DNA from: a candidate division WOR-3 bacterium
GTDB taxonomy: Bacteria > Hydrothermota > Tepidihabitantia > SM23-42
Direction: 5' to 3'
Assembly (NCBI GenBank): GCA_014859085.1
Contig: JACUUY010000002.1
Span: forward strand, 1-51,771
Length of the DNA stretch: 51,771 nucleotides
Shown here: one piece after another, positions 34,285-43,921 of the stretch
Numbering within the stretch: position 1 is the stretch's first letter
Layout of the letters: each line of letters opens with the position of its first letter
Program-made: the position numbers and the translations under genes
The notes under the pieces: model-generated
The model's database searches: none
Seen by the model: the letters and a program-made list of their open reading frames with translations, nothing else
Told to the model about the DNA's origin: nothing

Positions 34285-35010
34285 ATGGTTAGCAGAATCC
34301 GGCGCATGAAAGACATTCACGCGGCAGTCGTGCGCGAACTGAAGAAGCACGTGGAAACGGAGTACCGTATTGGAGCTGAGAGATACTTCAAAGAGGGCAT
34401 AGTGTTGCACGGCGTGCGGGCGTGCACGGTGCGCAGGATCGCTGCGGAGTCGTACCGGTTGATAAGAAGCGAACCCAAGCCGAGGATTTACCGCCTCTGC
34501 GAGTCGTTGCTGCGTTGCGGGTACAGTGAAGAAAAGACGATCGCCTTTGAATGGACTTACCGCCTGCAGAGAAAGTACGAGCCGGCGGATTTTATGGTGT
34601 TTGAATCGTGGCTTGAGAAATATGTGTCAACGTGGGGTGATTGTGATGATCTGTGCCGGCATGCGTTCGGCCCGTTCGTATACAGGTTTCCGGAGTGTTT
34701 GCCCAATGTTGTCCGCTGGACCACATCAGGTAACCGATGGTTGAGAAGGGGTGCGGCCGTGGTCATGATATACTCCTTGCGCAAGGGTGAAAATCTGGAT
34801 GCCGCATTGCAGATCGCCGATGCATTGCTGCGCGACGAGGATTATCTCGTGCAGAATGGTTATGGCTGGATGCTGAAGGATGCAAGCATTGTCTTCCCCG
34901 AACAGGTTCTTGACTACGTGCTCGCTCACCGGCGCGAAATGCCGAGAAGGGCACTGCGTTATGCAATAGAAAGATTCAACGCCCGCGAGAGGCGTGAGGC
35001 AATGAACTAA
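34285..35010 (+). CDS. DNA alkylation repair (AlkD-like HEAT repeat) protein
   Basis: The sequence shows YFKEGIVLHGVR, EEKTIAFEW, WGDCDDLC, NRWLRRGAAV and QNGYGWMLKD. Confidence 0.85.
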   Translation: MVSRIRRMKDIHAAVVRELKKHVETEYRIGAERYFKEGIVLHGVRACTVRRIAAESYRLIRSEPKPRIYRLCESLLRCGYSEEKTIAFEWTYRLQRKYEPADFMVFESWLEKYVSTWGDCDDLCRHAFGPFVYRFPECLPNVVRWTTSGNRWLRRGAAVVMIYSLRKGENLDAALQIADALLRDEDYLVQNGYGWMLKDASIVFPEQVLDYVLAHRREMPRRALRYAIERFNARERREAMN

Positions 35011-35011
35011 A

Positions 35012-36925
35012 ATGGAAAGCGATAGCCGGATAACCGGTCATGATATCTACCTCTTCAAAGAGGGAAATCACTTCCGTATCTACGATAAGTTGGGCGCCCA
35101 TATCGTAGAAAGGGGTAAGGAAAAAGGCACGTACTTTGCAGTCTGGGCGCCCGGAGCAGAGTCGGTGTCGGTGATCGGTGATATCAACGGCTGGAAACGC
35201 GGAGTTAACCCGCTCGCCGTGAGGTGGGACGGTTCTGGCATCTGGGAGGGTTTTATCCGGGGCATTGGCCACGGGGCGATGTACAAATACCACATCGTTT
35301 CAAAGTACTACAACCATGAGGCCGATAAGGGGGATCCGCTTGCATTCTACTGGGAGCAGCCGCCGAGAACGGCGAGTGTTGTGTGGGATCTGGAATATTC
35401 ATGGGGCGACAATGATTGGATGCGCAATAGACACCGGAGCAACGCGCTCGATGCAGCGATATCGATATATGAAGTCCATCTTGGTTCATGGTTGCGCGAT
35501 GGTGGGAGCGGCGGGTTCTTGAACTACCGGGAACTGGCCAAAAAACTCGTCGTCTACGTGAGGGAAACGGGTTTCACCCACGTTGAGTTCCTGCCCGTCA
35601 TGGAACATCCGTTCTACGGTTCGTGGGGATATCAGGTGCTGGGGTATTTCGCGCCGACGAGTCGTTATGGCACACCGCAGGATTTCATGTATCTCATCGA
35701 TCATCTCCACCAGAACGGTATCGGCGTGATCCTGGATTGGGTTCCGTCCCATTTCCCGGCCGATGAATACGGTCTGGCATATTTTGATGGGACACATCTC
35801 TACGAGCATGCTGATCCGAGGCAGGGATTTCATCCGGATTGGAAGAGTTTTATCTTCAACTATGGCCGGAATGAAGTGCGCAACTTTCTCATGAGTAGTG
35901 CGTTGTTCTGGCTCGACAAATATCACGCGGATGGACTCAGGGTTGATGGTGTGGCTTCCATGCTTTATCTGGACTATTCGCGCAAAGAAGGGGAATGGAT
36001 CCCGAACAAGTTCGGCGGCCGGGAGAATCTGGACGCGGTTGATTTTGTGAAACGTCTGAATGAAATTGTCTACGCCGAATATCCGGATGTGCAGACCATC
36101 GCCGAGGAATCGGCTGCATGGCCCATGGTTTCGCGGCCCGCCCACTCGGGCGGTCTTGGTTTCGGCATGAAGTGGAACATGGGGTGGATGCATGATACGC
36201 TGAACTATTTTTCCAGGGATTCGGTGCACCGCAAGTACCACCACCAGCAGCTGACGTTCAGCATCTGGTATGCCTTCTACGAGAACTTCGTGCTGTCGCT
36301 TTCGCATGATGAGACGACGCATGGGAAGGGCTCGTTGCTTTCGAAGATGCCCGGCGATGACTGGCAGAAATTCGCCAATCTGCGGCTCCTGTTCGGGTAC
36401 ATGTACGCGCATCCCGGCAAGAAACTCTTGTTCATGGGGGGTGAGTTCGGCCAGCGGAACGAGTGGAACCATGACCGGGTCCTGGATTGGCATTTGCTCG
36501 AACACCTCCCGCACCGGGGCGTCCGGCAGTGGATTCGCGAACTGAACCGTGTCTACCAGAAGGAACCATCCCTGCACGGACTGGATTTTGACAGCCGGGG
36601 TTTTGCCTGGATCGATCCCGGTAATTGGGAAGAGAGTATCATCGCATTCCTGCGCCGCGCCGAGCAGCCGGCCGCGAACATGGTCATCGCCGCTAATTTC
36701 ACGCCGGTGCCGAGAAACGGCTACCGGGTCGGTGTTCCGGCGCCGGGATTCTGGCGCGAGTTGTTGAACAGCGACGCGCAGGATTATGGCGGCAGCGGGT
36801 ACGGCAATCTCGGCGGGGTAGAAGCAACGGCGCAGCCCAGCCACGGGCAGCCGTGGTCGATGACCGTTACATTGCCTCCCCTGGCCATCGTTTTTTTCAA
36901 GAGAATGCAGGATGGAGAGAAATAG
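35012..36925 (+). CDS. glgB: 1,4-alpha-glucan branching enzyme
   Basis: The GH13 motifs are GIGVILDWVPSHF, ADGLRVDGVASMLY, TIAEESAAWP and LSLSHDE. The N-terminal CBM48-like region is YFAVWAPGAESVSVIGDINGW. Confidence 0.95.
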   Translation: MESDSRITGHDIYLFKEGNHFRIYDKLGAHIVERGKEKGTYFAVWAPGAESVSVIGDINGWKRGVNPLAVRWDGSGIWEGFIRGIGHGAMYKYHIVSKYYNHEADKGDPLAFYWEQPPRTASVVWDLEYSWGDNDWMRNRHRSNALDAAISIYEVHLGSWLRDGGSGGFLNYRELAKKLVVYVRETGFTHVEFLPVMEHPFYGSWGYQVLGYFAPTSRYGTPQDFMYLIDHLHQNGIGVILDWVPSHFPADEYGLAYFDGTHLYEHADPRQGFHPDWKSFIFNYGRNEVRNFLMSSALFWLDKYHADGLRVDGVASMLYLDYSRKEGEWIPNKFGGRENLDAVDFVKRLNEIVYAEYPDVQTIAEESAAWPMVSRPAHSGGLGFGMKWNMGWMHDTLNYFSRDSVHRKYHHQQLTFSIWYAFYENFVLSLSHDETTHGKGSLLSKMPGDDWQKFANLRLLFGYMYAHPGKKLLFMGGEFGQRNEWNHDRVLDWHLLEHLPHRGVRQWIRELNRVYQKEPSLHGLDFDSRGFAWIDPGNWEESIIAFLRRAEQPAANMVIAANFTPVPRNGYRVGVPAPGFWRELLNSDAQDYGGSGYGNLGGVEATAQPSHGQPWSMTVTLPPLAIVFFKRMQDGEK

Positions 36926-38447
36926 AGCGTGTCCGTGCCCGGTCTTTGAAAAGAGGGGCAGCGGCATATTGATGCATGTTACATCTCTACCTTCGCCGTA
37001 CGGCATTGGAGATCTGGGCCCGGAAGCGTACAATTTCGTTGATTTTCTCGTCCGGGCCAGACAACGTTACTGGCAGGTCCTGCCGTTGATCCAGGCGAAC
37101 TACCGCGGTGAATATTCGCCTTATAACTGCATGTCGGCATTTGCCGACAACAAATACCTGATTAGCCCCGATATGTTGCTGCGGACTGGCCTCTTGAAGA
37201 AAAGCGAACTCGGCCGCGCGCCCGGTTTCCCGCGGCGGAGAGTCAACTTCGGCAAGGCGATCCGCTTCAAAGAAGGAATTTTCCGGATAGCCCATGAACG
37301 GTTCGGCAGGACCGGCCATACCTCTGAATCGTACATGCGATTCTGTGCGGAAAACAGCGTCTGGCTCGATGATTTTGCGCTCTTCACCGTTTTGAACGAT
37401 CAAGATCCGGTTCACACCTGGCTTGCGTGGCCGGCGGCGGTCAGGCGGCGGGACCGGCGCATTCTGCAGTCATTGCGAAATGCATTGAGAAAGGATATCG
37501 AACGCGAGAGATTCCTTCAGTACATTTTTTTCAGCCAATGGCAAGCCCTCAGGAATTACTGCAACGAACGGCATGTGGGAGTGATCGGTGATCTGCCGAT
37601 CTATGTGGATCACAACAGTGCCGATGTCTGGTCGCATCCCGAGTTATTCAAACTGGACCGGGGCCTGAGGCCTTTGTATCTGTCCGGCGTGCCGCCCGAC
37701 TACTTCAGCCGCGATGGTCAATTGTGGGGCAATCCGGTTTACGACTGGCGCGAAATGCGGCGCACCGGCTTCCGATGGTGGCGGCAGCGTTTCGCCTCGG
37801 CCATGGAATTATATGACTACGTCCGGCTGGATCACTTCCGGGGGTTTGTCGCCTACTGGCAGGTGCGCGCCGGCGCGCGCACGGCGCGGCGCGGCAAGTG
37901 GGTCAAGGCGCCGGCCGCGGATTTACTGACGATGCTGCGTCGGCAGTCGCGTCGGCTGCCGCTCATCGCCGAAGACCTCGGTACGATCACACCCGACGTG
38001 CGCGAGGTCATGGCCCGTTTCGGCCTACCTGGAATGAAGGTGCTTTTGTTTGCATTCGGCGACGGCGATCCCGACAATCCGTATCTGCCGCACAATCACG
38101 TGGAGAATTGCGTTGTGTATACCGGAACCCATGATAACAACACAGTGCGCGGCTGGTATGAAGAGGAGGCGACTGACGCAGAGAAACATAGACTGCACGC
38201 ATATCTTGGCAGGAGAGTAAGTACCCGACGCGTCCACGAGGAGTTCGTCCGCCTGGCAATGTCCTCGGTCGCGGAGACCGTGATCATCCCGATGCAAGAC
38301 ATTCTGGGCTTGGGCGGCCGCGCGCGCATGAACCGTCCGGCGACCACCACGCGCAACTGGCAGTGGCGGCTGATGCACGGATCCATCACGCCGTCGGTCA
38401 TTGGCTGGCTGCGCTCAATGACCGAGAGCTACGGCCGCTGCGGGTAG
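36912..38447 (+). CDS. malQ: 4-alpha-glucanotransferase (amylomaltase)
   Basis: The GH77 motifs are GILMHVTSLPSPYGIGDLG, GDLPIYVDHNSADVW, VRLDHFRGF, IAEDLGTITPDV and YTGTHDNNT. It overlaps glgB by 14 nt. Confidence 0.93.
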   Translation: MERNRACPCPVFEKRGSGILMHVTSLPSPYGIGDLGPEAYNFVDFLVRARQRYWQVLPLIQANYRGEYSPYNCMSAFADNKYLISPDMLLRTGLLKKSELGRAPGFPRRRVNFGKAIRFKEGIFRIAHERFGRTGHTSESYMRFCAENSVWLDDFALFTVLNDQDPVHTWLAWPAAVRRRDRRILQSLRNALRKDIERERFLQYIFFSQWQALRNYCNERHVGVIGDLPIYVDHNSADVWSHPELFKLDRGLRPLYLSGVPPDYFSRDGQLWGNPVYDWREMRRTGFRWWRQRFASAMELYDYVRLDHFRGFVAYWQVRAGARTARRGKWVKAPAADLLTMLRRQSRRLPLIAEDLGTITPDVREVMARFGLPGMKVLLFAFGDGDPDNPYLPHNHVENCVVYTGTHDNNTVRGWYEEEATDAEKHRLHAYLGRRVSTRRVHEEFVRLAMSSVAETVIIPMQDILGLGGRARMNRPATTTRNWQWRLMHGSITPSVIGWLRSMTESYGRCG

Positions 38448-38473
38448 GATCGGTCTCGTTACTGAAGAATCAC

Positions 38474-38501
38474 TTGACAGCTGGAGATATTTTCCTATAA
38501 T
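38474..38501 (+). promoter_or_regulatory. Sigma70-type promoter TTGACA-16-TATAAT
   Basis: The sequence is TTGACA gctggagatattttcc TATAAT. SD GAAGGAGG lies before the ATG at 38535. Confidence 0.55.
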
Positions 38502-38534
38502 TCCACTATTCAGTCACCACGCGAAGGAGGCGGT

Positions 38535-40370
38535 ATGAAAGCGCGAAGTAGAATCTTGGTCAGGGGGATGACGTTCTATGCTCATGTCTGCTGTCTCTTG
38601 GTACTATTCTCGATTGTTCCAGGTGCCCTGGACTCTGCTACCTACGTCGTTAATAGAACCGTGCCGGACGACAATAATCCAGGCAGCCTCAGATGGTGCA
38701 TGAACGGTGCCAACGCCAACCCCGGGCCGGACACGATCTTGTTCAATATTGCCGGGGCCGGTCCCTTTGTCATTCCTGTTGTCGCGCAGCTACCGGTGCT
38801 TACAGACCAGGCAGGTGTGCTCATTGACGGGTTTTCACAGCCCGGAACCTGGGCGGGAGCGAATCCGCCGTCGACCGCCAATCTGCTGATAGTGATCGAC
38901 GGGACCAATGCCGGTGCGTCCCACGGTATTCACGTATTCTCCTCAAACAACACGGTCCAGGGCCTCGTCGTGCAGAATTTCCAGCAGGACGGAATAAGGG
39001 TCCAGGCTAGGCCGGATGTATCACAGAACAACATGATCTACAGCAACTTCGTGGGCACGGACCAGACCGGGACACTTGATCTGGGGAACGGAACGAACAT
39101 GCAGGGTCTCTGGGCCGGGATATATGTTATCTGCACGCCAGGGACTCTGGGCGTTGCCATCAATAATGTGGTGCACGGCAATCTGTCGTCGGGTAATTAT
39201 GCCGAGGGCATCGGCGTCGCAAGCTGCCCGCCGGGCGACGTTGCTTTCAACAGCGTACTGAACAATTACGTGGGCACGGACGTGGCGGGTGCGATCGACC
39301 TGGGCAATGATCACGACGGCGTATATATCGGCGAGGGCGCGCACGACAATGTCGTCGACGGGAATCTCATATCAGGGAACGACTATGAAGGCGTCTGTAT
39401 TGTCGGTTACGCTGAGGCCATGCCGCCGGTCGTGACGTACGCTAATGCCGTGACGAATAACATCATCGGCCTCGACGTCGCCCTTGCGCCGCTGCCGAAC
39501 ACGCGCGATGGTGTCAGCATCGGGATCTACGGTACCTACCTGGGTGGCTATGCGACCGACAACATCATAGCCACGAACACGATCGCCCATAATGGACGCA
39601 ACGGCGTGCTCGTGTGGGAACATTGGTCGAGCAATATCAATGCCGATCAGAACCGGATAACGCAGAATTCGATCTATAACAACAGCCTGCTTGGCATTGA
39701 CCTGGGAGATAACGGTATCACGTACAACGATGCCGGAGACTTTGACACGGGTGCCAACGAAGAGGTCAACTACCCGGTGATAACGTCCGCGGTCCACAGC
39801 GCAGGTCAGGCCACGATCTCCGGAAGTCTTGACATCGATACCGACCCGACTCAGGCTAATGTCGAGGTCTTCAGAGCGAGTCCGGATCCGTCCGGCTATG
39901 GCGAGGGCCGGTTCTATCTCGGTCTGGCGACTCCCAATGCGGCCGGCAACTGGAGCGTCGTGGTTCCTGGAGTGGTGGCCGGTGACACCATCACCGCAAC
40001 GACGACCGACATGAACTCCAACACATCGGAATTCTCCCAGAATTTCGTCGTGGTGACCGGTATCGAAGAGCACAGTGTTGGGCAGTCTCCGCAACGATAC
40101 GAACTCGCTCAAAACCGTCCGAATCCGTTCACCGGCGGGACCTTGATCAGTTATACACTTGTTGAATTCGCGCGCCTGGATCTCGGTATCTATGACGTCT
40201 CGGGCCGTTTGGTAAGAACGTTATTCAGCGGCCATCGCGCGCCGGGCACGCACACAGCGCACTGGGATGGTATTGATAACGAAGGCCGGCTCGCGTCTCC
40301 TGGCGTCTACATGTGTGTTCTCGATGCCGGTGGATTCATGGCAATGAGAAAGATGGTGTTTGCACAATAG
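38535..40370 (+). CDS. Secreted right-handed parallel beta-helix repeat protein with T9SS C-terminal sorting domain
   Basis: After a signal peptide come repetitive G-x-x-I/V...N-x-I/V-x-G-N rungs (NNVVHGNLSSGN, NVVDGNLISGND, NIIATNTIAHNG, RITQNSIYNN). The C-terminal tail is NRPNPFTGGTLISYTL...LGIYDVSGRLVRTL...HWDGIDNEGRLASPGVYMCVL. Confidence 0.85.
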   Translation: MKARSRILVRGMTFYAHVCCLLVLFSIVPGALDSATYVVNRTVPDDNNPGSLRWCMNGANANPGPDTILFNIAGAGPFVIPVVAQLPVLTDQAGVLIDGFSQPGTWAGANPPSTANLLIVIDGTNAGASHGIHVFSSNNTVQGLVVQNFQQDGIRVQARPDVSQNNMIYSNFVGTDQTGTLDLGNGTNMQGLWAGIYVICTPGTLGVAINNVVHGNLSSGNYAEGIGVASCPPGDVAFNSVLNNYVGTDVAGAIDLGNDHDGVYIGEGAHDNVVDGNLISGNDYEGVCIVGYAEAMPPVVTYANAVTNNIIGLDVALAPLPNTRDGVSIGIYGTYLGGYATDNIIATNTIAHNGRNGVLVWEHWSSNINADQNRITQNSIYNNSLLGIDLGDNGITYNDAGDFDTGANEEVNYPVITSAVHSAGQATISGSLDIDTDPTQANVEVFRASPDPSGYGEGRFYLGLATPNAAGNWSVVVPGVVAGDTITATTTDMNSNTSEFSQNFVVVTGIEEHSVGQSPQRYELAQNRPNPFTGGTLISYTLVEFARLDLGIYDVSGRLVRTLFSGHRAPGTHTAHWDGIDNEGRLASPGVYMCVLDAGGFMAMRKMVFAQ

Positions 40371-40386
40371 CGAATTCGTTAGGCAA

Positions 40387-40412
40387 TTCTGGTATTCTGG
40401 TAATTACCAGAA
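40387..40412. promoter_or_regulatory. TTCTGGTA direct repeat x2 merging into a perfect 18-bp palindrome TTCTGGTAATTACCAGAA (operator-like)
   Basis: The palindrome spans 40395-40412, and an extra direct copy of TTCTGGTA lies at 40387-40394. It sits between the stop at 40370 and the start at 40486. No T-tract follows, so it is not a typical intrinsic terminator. Confidence 0.5.
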
Positions 40413-40485
40413 CGCCGGTAGTATCTATGTTGCGCGCGCAGACCATGTGCCGCACTTGGTCGGTCAATGAGCAAGGAGCTAAGAT

Positions 40486-40755
40486 ATGGAAAAACATCAA
40501 ACAGAAGTACCGCTTTGTCAAAGTTGCGCAATGCCGCTGGAAAGAGTGGAGGATTTCGGCACGGACGCCGATGGCCACAGGAGCAGCGAGTACTGTCAGT
40601 ACTGCTTCCAGAGCGGCAAGTTCACGGAACCGGAAATAACAATGAAACAGATGATCGACAAATGTTCCTGTATCATGAAACAGATGCACATTCGCGCGGC
40701 GCAGATCAGAGCGACCCGCGAATTGATACCGACACTGAAGCGCTGGAAGAAGTGA
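40486..40755 (+). CDS. Zinc-ribbon domain protein (Zn_ribbon_2-like)
   Basis: The sequence is LCQSCAMPLE...GTDADGHRSSEYCQYCFQSGKFTEPEITMKQMIDKC. SD AAGGAG precedes the start. Confidence 0.75.
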   Translation: MEKHQTEVPLCQSCAMPLERVEDFGTDADGHRSSEYCQYCFQSGKFTEPEITMKQMIDKCSCIMKQMHIRAAQIRATRELIPTLKRWKK

Positions 40756-40854
40756 CACACAGCGTTCGGCCCCTTCGGCGGCCGACGCCGGATCCAGGAA
40801 GCGCCATGTGACCGGCCGGCGCGCCGCAATATACTACAACAAGGAGCGTGGACC

Positions 40855-41301
40855 ATGAACGACGTGTACAGACATACCCAGATCGGGTACCTGATTATCA
40901 TCACGCTGTTCATCGCCGGGGTGCTGACCGGAGTTCTGGCGTCAATACAGGGCGTGCGCGCTTTCGCCTTCGCGTTCTGGATCGTCCTGGTAATATGCCT
41001 GGTGCTGTTTTCCGCGCTCACCGTTGTGATCGACCGGGAGTATCTTGAGGTGCGGTTCGGGCCCGGGTTCATCCGCAAGCGGTTCCCGCTGAAGGACATA
41101 GTGTCATGCCGGACCGTTAAGAACCCGTGGTATTACGGCTGGGGGATCCATCTGACCCCTCACGGCTGGCTCTATAACGTATCGGGCTTTGATGCGGTTG
41201 AGATCAGGCTGAAGAGCGACCGATCGTACCGCGTCGGCACCGATGTTCCGCAGGAGCTCGAGAGGGCGATCCGGCAGGCGCTCGAAATTACGGCGCGGTG
41301 A
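40855..41301 (+). CDS. Membrane protein with bacterial PH-like C-terminal domain
   Basis: Two N-terminal TM helices are followed by YLEVRFGPGFIRKRFPLKDIVSCRTV...GFDAVEIRLKSDRSYRVGTD. SD AAGGAG precedes the start. Confidence 0.65.
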   Translation: MNDVYRHTQIGYLIIITLFIAGVLTGVLASIQGVRAFAFAFWIVLVICLVLFSALTVVIDREYLEVRFGPGFIRKRFPLKDIVSCRTVKNPWYYGWGIHLTPHGWLYNVSGFDAVEIRLKSDRSYRVGTDVPQELERAIRQALEITAR

Positions 41302-41368
41302 GACGTGTGCCTAAACTGCGGAGTCGGTCGGTTGTCAAAACGACATGAACTGGAACCTGTGAGGTGAC

Positions 41369-42178
41369 ATGGTGAAGAATAAGGATGCAAAGCGGTTTGT
41401 GAAGGATGCCTATGGCAAGATCGCGCAGGGTGAGAAGGGTTGCGGGTGCGACAGTTGCTGCGGCGGCCAGGACACAAAAGGGTTTGCCCGGTCCATTGGT
41501 TATTCTGAAGAGGAACTGCGGGTCATACCGGACGAGGCCAATCTTGCCCTCGGTTGCGGGAATCCAACGGCTCTGGCCGGTATCAAAGAGGGCGAGGCCG
41601 TGCTCGACCTCGGTGCGGGTGCCGGTTTCGATGCTTTCCTTGCGGCCGCCAGAGTCGGCCCGCAGGGCAAGGTGATCGGGGTGGACATGACGCCGGAGAT
41701 GATCAATAAAGCAAGGGAGAACGCGGCGAAGACGAGCGCTGATAACGTCGAATTCAGGCTGGGCGAGATCGAGCGTCTGCCAGTTGCGGACAGTTCAGTC
41801 GACGTTGTCATCAGCAACTGCGTCATCAATCTTTCGAGTGACAAGCCAGGCGTCTTCCGCGAGATCTGCCGGGTTTTGAAACCGGGCGGCCGGATCGCGA
41901 TCTCCGATATCGCTCTTATCAAAGAACTGCCGGCAAAGATCCGCGAGAGTATTGATGCTTACGTGGGATGCGTCGGCGGCGCGATACTCGTTGACGAATA
42001 TGCATGTATCGTCAGGCAGGCTGGTTTGAAGGACGTGCGCGTGACCGTCAAGGGGTCGTCGGCGTGCATAGATCCTAAGACAAAAGATCCGATAGGCCGG
42101 GCGATCCTGGACGGCCTGCCGCGTGGTGCATCTCTGCAGGACTACGTAACGAGCGTCTACGTCGAGGCGCGGAAGTAG
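41369..42178 (+). CDS. arsM: Arsenite S-adenosylmethionine methyltransferase
   Basis: The N-terminal Cys cluster is GCGCDSCCGG. Other matching blocks are LALGCGNPTALAGIKEGEAVLDLGAGAGFD, SNCVINLS and LKPGGRIAISD. Confidence 0.88.
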   Translation: MVKNKDAKRFVKDAYGKIAQGEKGCGCDSCCGGQDTKGFARSIGYSEEELRVIPDEANLALGCGNPTALAGIKEGEAVLDLGAGAGFDAFLAAARVGPQGKVIGVDMTPEMINKARENAAKTSADNVEFRLGEIERLPVADSSVDVVISNCVINLSSDKPGVFREICRVLKPGGRIAISDIALIKELPAKIRESIDAYVGCVGGAILVDEYACIVRQAGLKDVRVTVKGSSACIDPKTKDPIGRAILDGLPRGASLQDYVTSVYVEARK

Positions 42179-42197
42179 CAAATAATCAGTTTTCCCT

Positions 42198-42995
42198 GTG
42201 ATAATAGACTGCCATGTTCACATATCCAATCCGGACGAAACGGACAGAGCTTTGTGTGACGCGGCAGGAGGATTATTGTCGTCGATGGAGGAGCACGGCA
42301 TCACTCATTCGATCGCCATTCCCGATAACGTGCCAAATACCGGATGTGCTGATTTACGGACTCTTCTGGGGATCATTGAAGGCGACCGCCGATTCTCTGC
42401 AATGGGCACCATGAATCTCTTCGGTGACCTGGACCGGCAGATCAGCGAACTTGACGGATTGGCGGCGCGTGGAAGAATATGCGCCGTCAAATTGTACCCC
42501 GGGCATGATCCAATCTACCCTACGGATGACGTATGTCATGCCGTTTACGAGCTATGTATCAGGTGCAGCATGCCGGTCGTGGTACACACCGGAATCAATC
42601 CTGGCGACGCCGATTGCGCAAAGTACAATGACCCAAAATATTTGGTGAATATTGCAGAGAGGTGGCGGGAATTGAAGATCGTTATCGCCCACTATTTTTG
42701 GCCGAAGATGGAATACTGCTATGAGATCACAAAAGACATTCCCGGCATCTATTACGACACTTCAGCGATGGCTGACCCGGAAGTCGTTGCGGCGACCGGC
42801 GGCTGGAATGCCGTGCTCGCTGTGCTGGAAAAGACCGTCTCGAAAAAACCCTATTCGGTCGTGTTCGGCACTGACTGGCCGATGTGTTCGATTGACAATC
42901 ACCTGCGACTCGTGAGGGAATTGAAGCTGGATCTTGCTACCGAGGAAAAAGTATTCTATAGAAACGCAGTCGATCTGTACAGGTTAGCGATATAG
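42198..42995 (+). CDS. Amidohydrolase-family (TIM-barrel metal-dependent hydrolase) protein
   Basis: The sequence shows IIDCHVHI, AVKLYPGH, PVVVHTG, IVIAHYFWP and VFGTDWP. The start is GTG. Confidence 0.85.
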   Translation: MIIDCHVHISNPDETDRALCDAAGGLLSSMEEHGITHSIAIPDNVPNTGCADLRTLLGIIEGDRRFSAMGTMNLFGDLDRQISELDGLAARGRICAVKLYPGHDPIYPTDDVCHAVYELCIRCSMPVVVHTGINPGDADCAKYNDPKYLVNIAERWRELKIVIAHYFWPKMEYCYEITKDIPGIYYDTSAMADPEVVAATGGWNAVLAVLEKTVSKKPYSVVFGTDWPMCSIDNHLRLVRELKLDLATEEKVFYRNAVDLYRLAI

Positions 42996-43036
42996 CGTAT
43001 GTCAGGGAATACGTGTGTACCGGCAGGAGGTGACGC

Positions 43037-43921
43037 ATGAAGCATCGAACAGCCATCGGTATCCTCGCGTTCTGCGTCGTGGCAATGGCGGCGATAGCGG
43101 CTGCGACGGGCATAGTTTCCAAGGAGGGTCCGGGACCATACGAATACGAATCGATCCGCGGCCAGACCGTCGTCATCTACGGCCATGGGATCTACCAACA
43201 CATGTCGGCAGACGTGGCAATTCAAGGTATTGCGCAGGATTACGTCACGCTGTTCGTTGGTATTCCGTTGTTGCTGATAGCGCTGTATCTTGCGCGGCAG
43301 GGATCGCTGAGGGCACGGTTCCTCCTTACCGGAACGCTGGGGTATTTTCTCGTTACGTATCTATTTTACACGGCCATGGGGATGTACAACTACTTGTTCC
43401 TCGCCTATGTGTTCCTGCTGGGCGCGTCGTTCTTCGCTTTTGCGCTAGCGTTGCACGGCCTCCCGGTTCAAACGCTGCCGGAACGAATGCGCGCGCCGCA
43501 GCTCGTGCCGATCGTCGGCGTGTTCCTTTTGGTCGACGCGGTTCTGGTCGCGCTGATGTGGCTGAGCACAGTGGTCCCGCCGTTGCTCGACGGTACGATC
43601 ATCCCAGTTGCGGTCCAGCACTACACGACGTTGATCGTTCAGGGTTTTGACCTTGGGTTGCTGCTGCCGATGGCGTTTGTCGCCGGTCTGCTGGCGGTAC
43701 GCAAACGGCCTGCGGGCTATCTTATGTGCACAGTTTACGTCGTTTTTCTGTCGATCATGATGACGGCGCTGACCTCGAAGCTCGTTTTCATGGCCCGCGC
43801 GGGCGAGAATATCATACCGGCGATATTCATCATACCGGTCATCGGCGCGATCTCGGTCGTCTTCTCGATACTGCTGCTGGCAAGTGTCGGAAGCAGCCTC
43901 AGAGAAGGACGTTTGAAATGA
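43037..43921 (+). CDS. Polytopic membrane protein of unknown function
   Basis: It has about 7-8 hydrophobic segments. SD AGGAGG precedes the start, and the stop overlaps the flavodoxin start (ATGA). Confidence 0.7.
   Translation: MKHRTAIGILAFCVVAMAAIAAATGIVSKEGPGPYEYESIRGQTVVIYGHGIYQHMSADVAIQGIAQDYVTLFVGIPLLLIALYLARQGSLRARFLLTGTLGYFLVTYLFYTAMGMYNYLFLAYVFLLGASFFAFALALHGLPVQTLPERMRAPQLVPIVGVFLLVDAVLVALMWLSTVVPPLLDGTIIPVAVQHYTTLIVQGFDLGLLLPMAFVAGLLAVRKRPAGYLMCTVYVVFLSIMMTALTSKLVFMARAGENIIPAIFIIPVIGAISVVFSILLLASVGSSLREGRLK

Noticed and set aside
35486-37033. A 515-codon minus-strand ORF antisense to glgB and malQ.
   Set aside because: This is the same codon-aligned shadow-frame effect (35012 and 37031 are both 2 mod 3). 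The composition is skewed and there are no motifs, whereas the sense-strand GH13 and GH77 signatures are unambiguous.
40775-40792. The GGCCCC-UUCG-GCGGCC hairpin after the zinc-ribbon gene as a terminator.
   Set aside because: The stem contains a mismatch and no U-tract follows, so the evidence is too weak to call.
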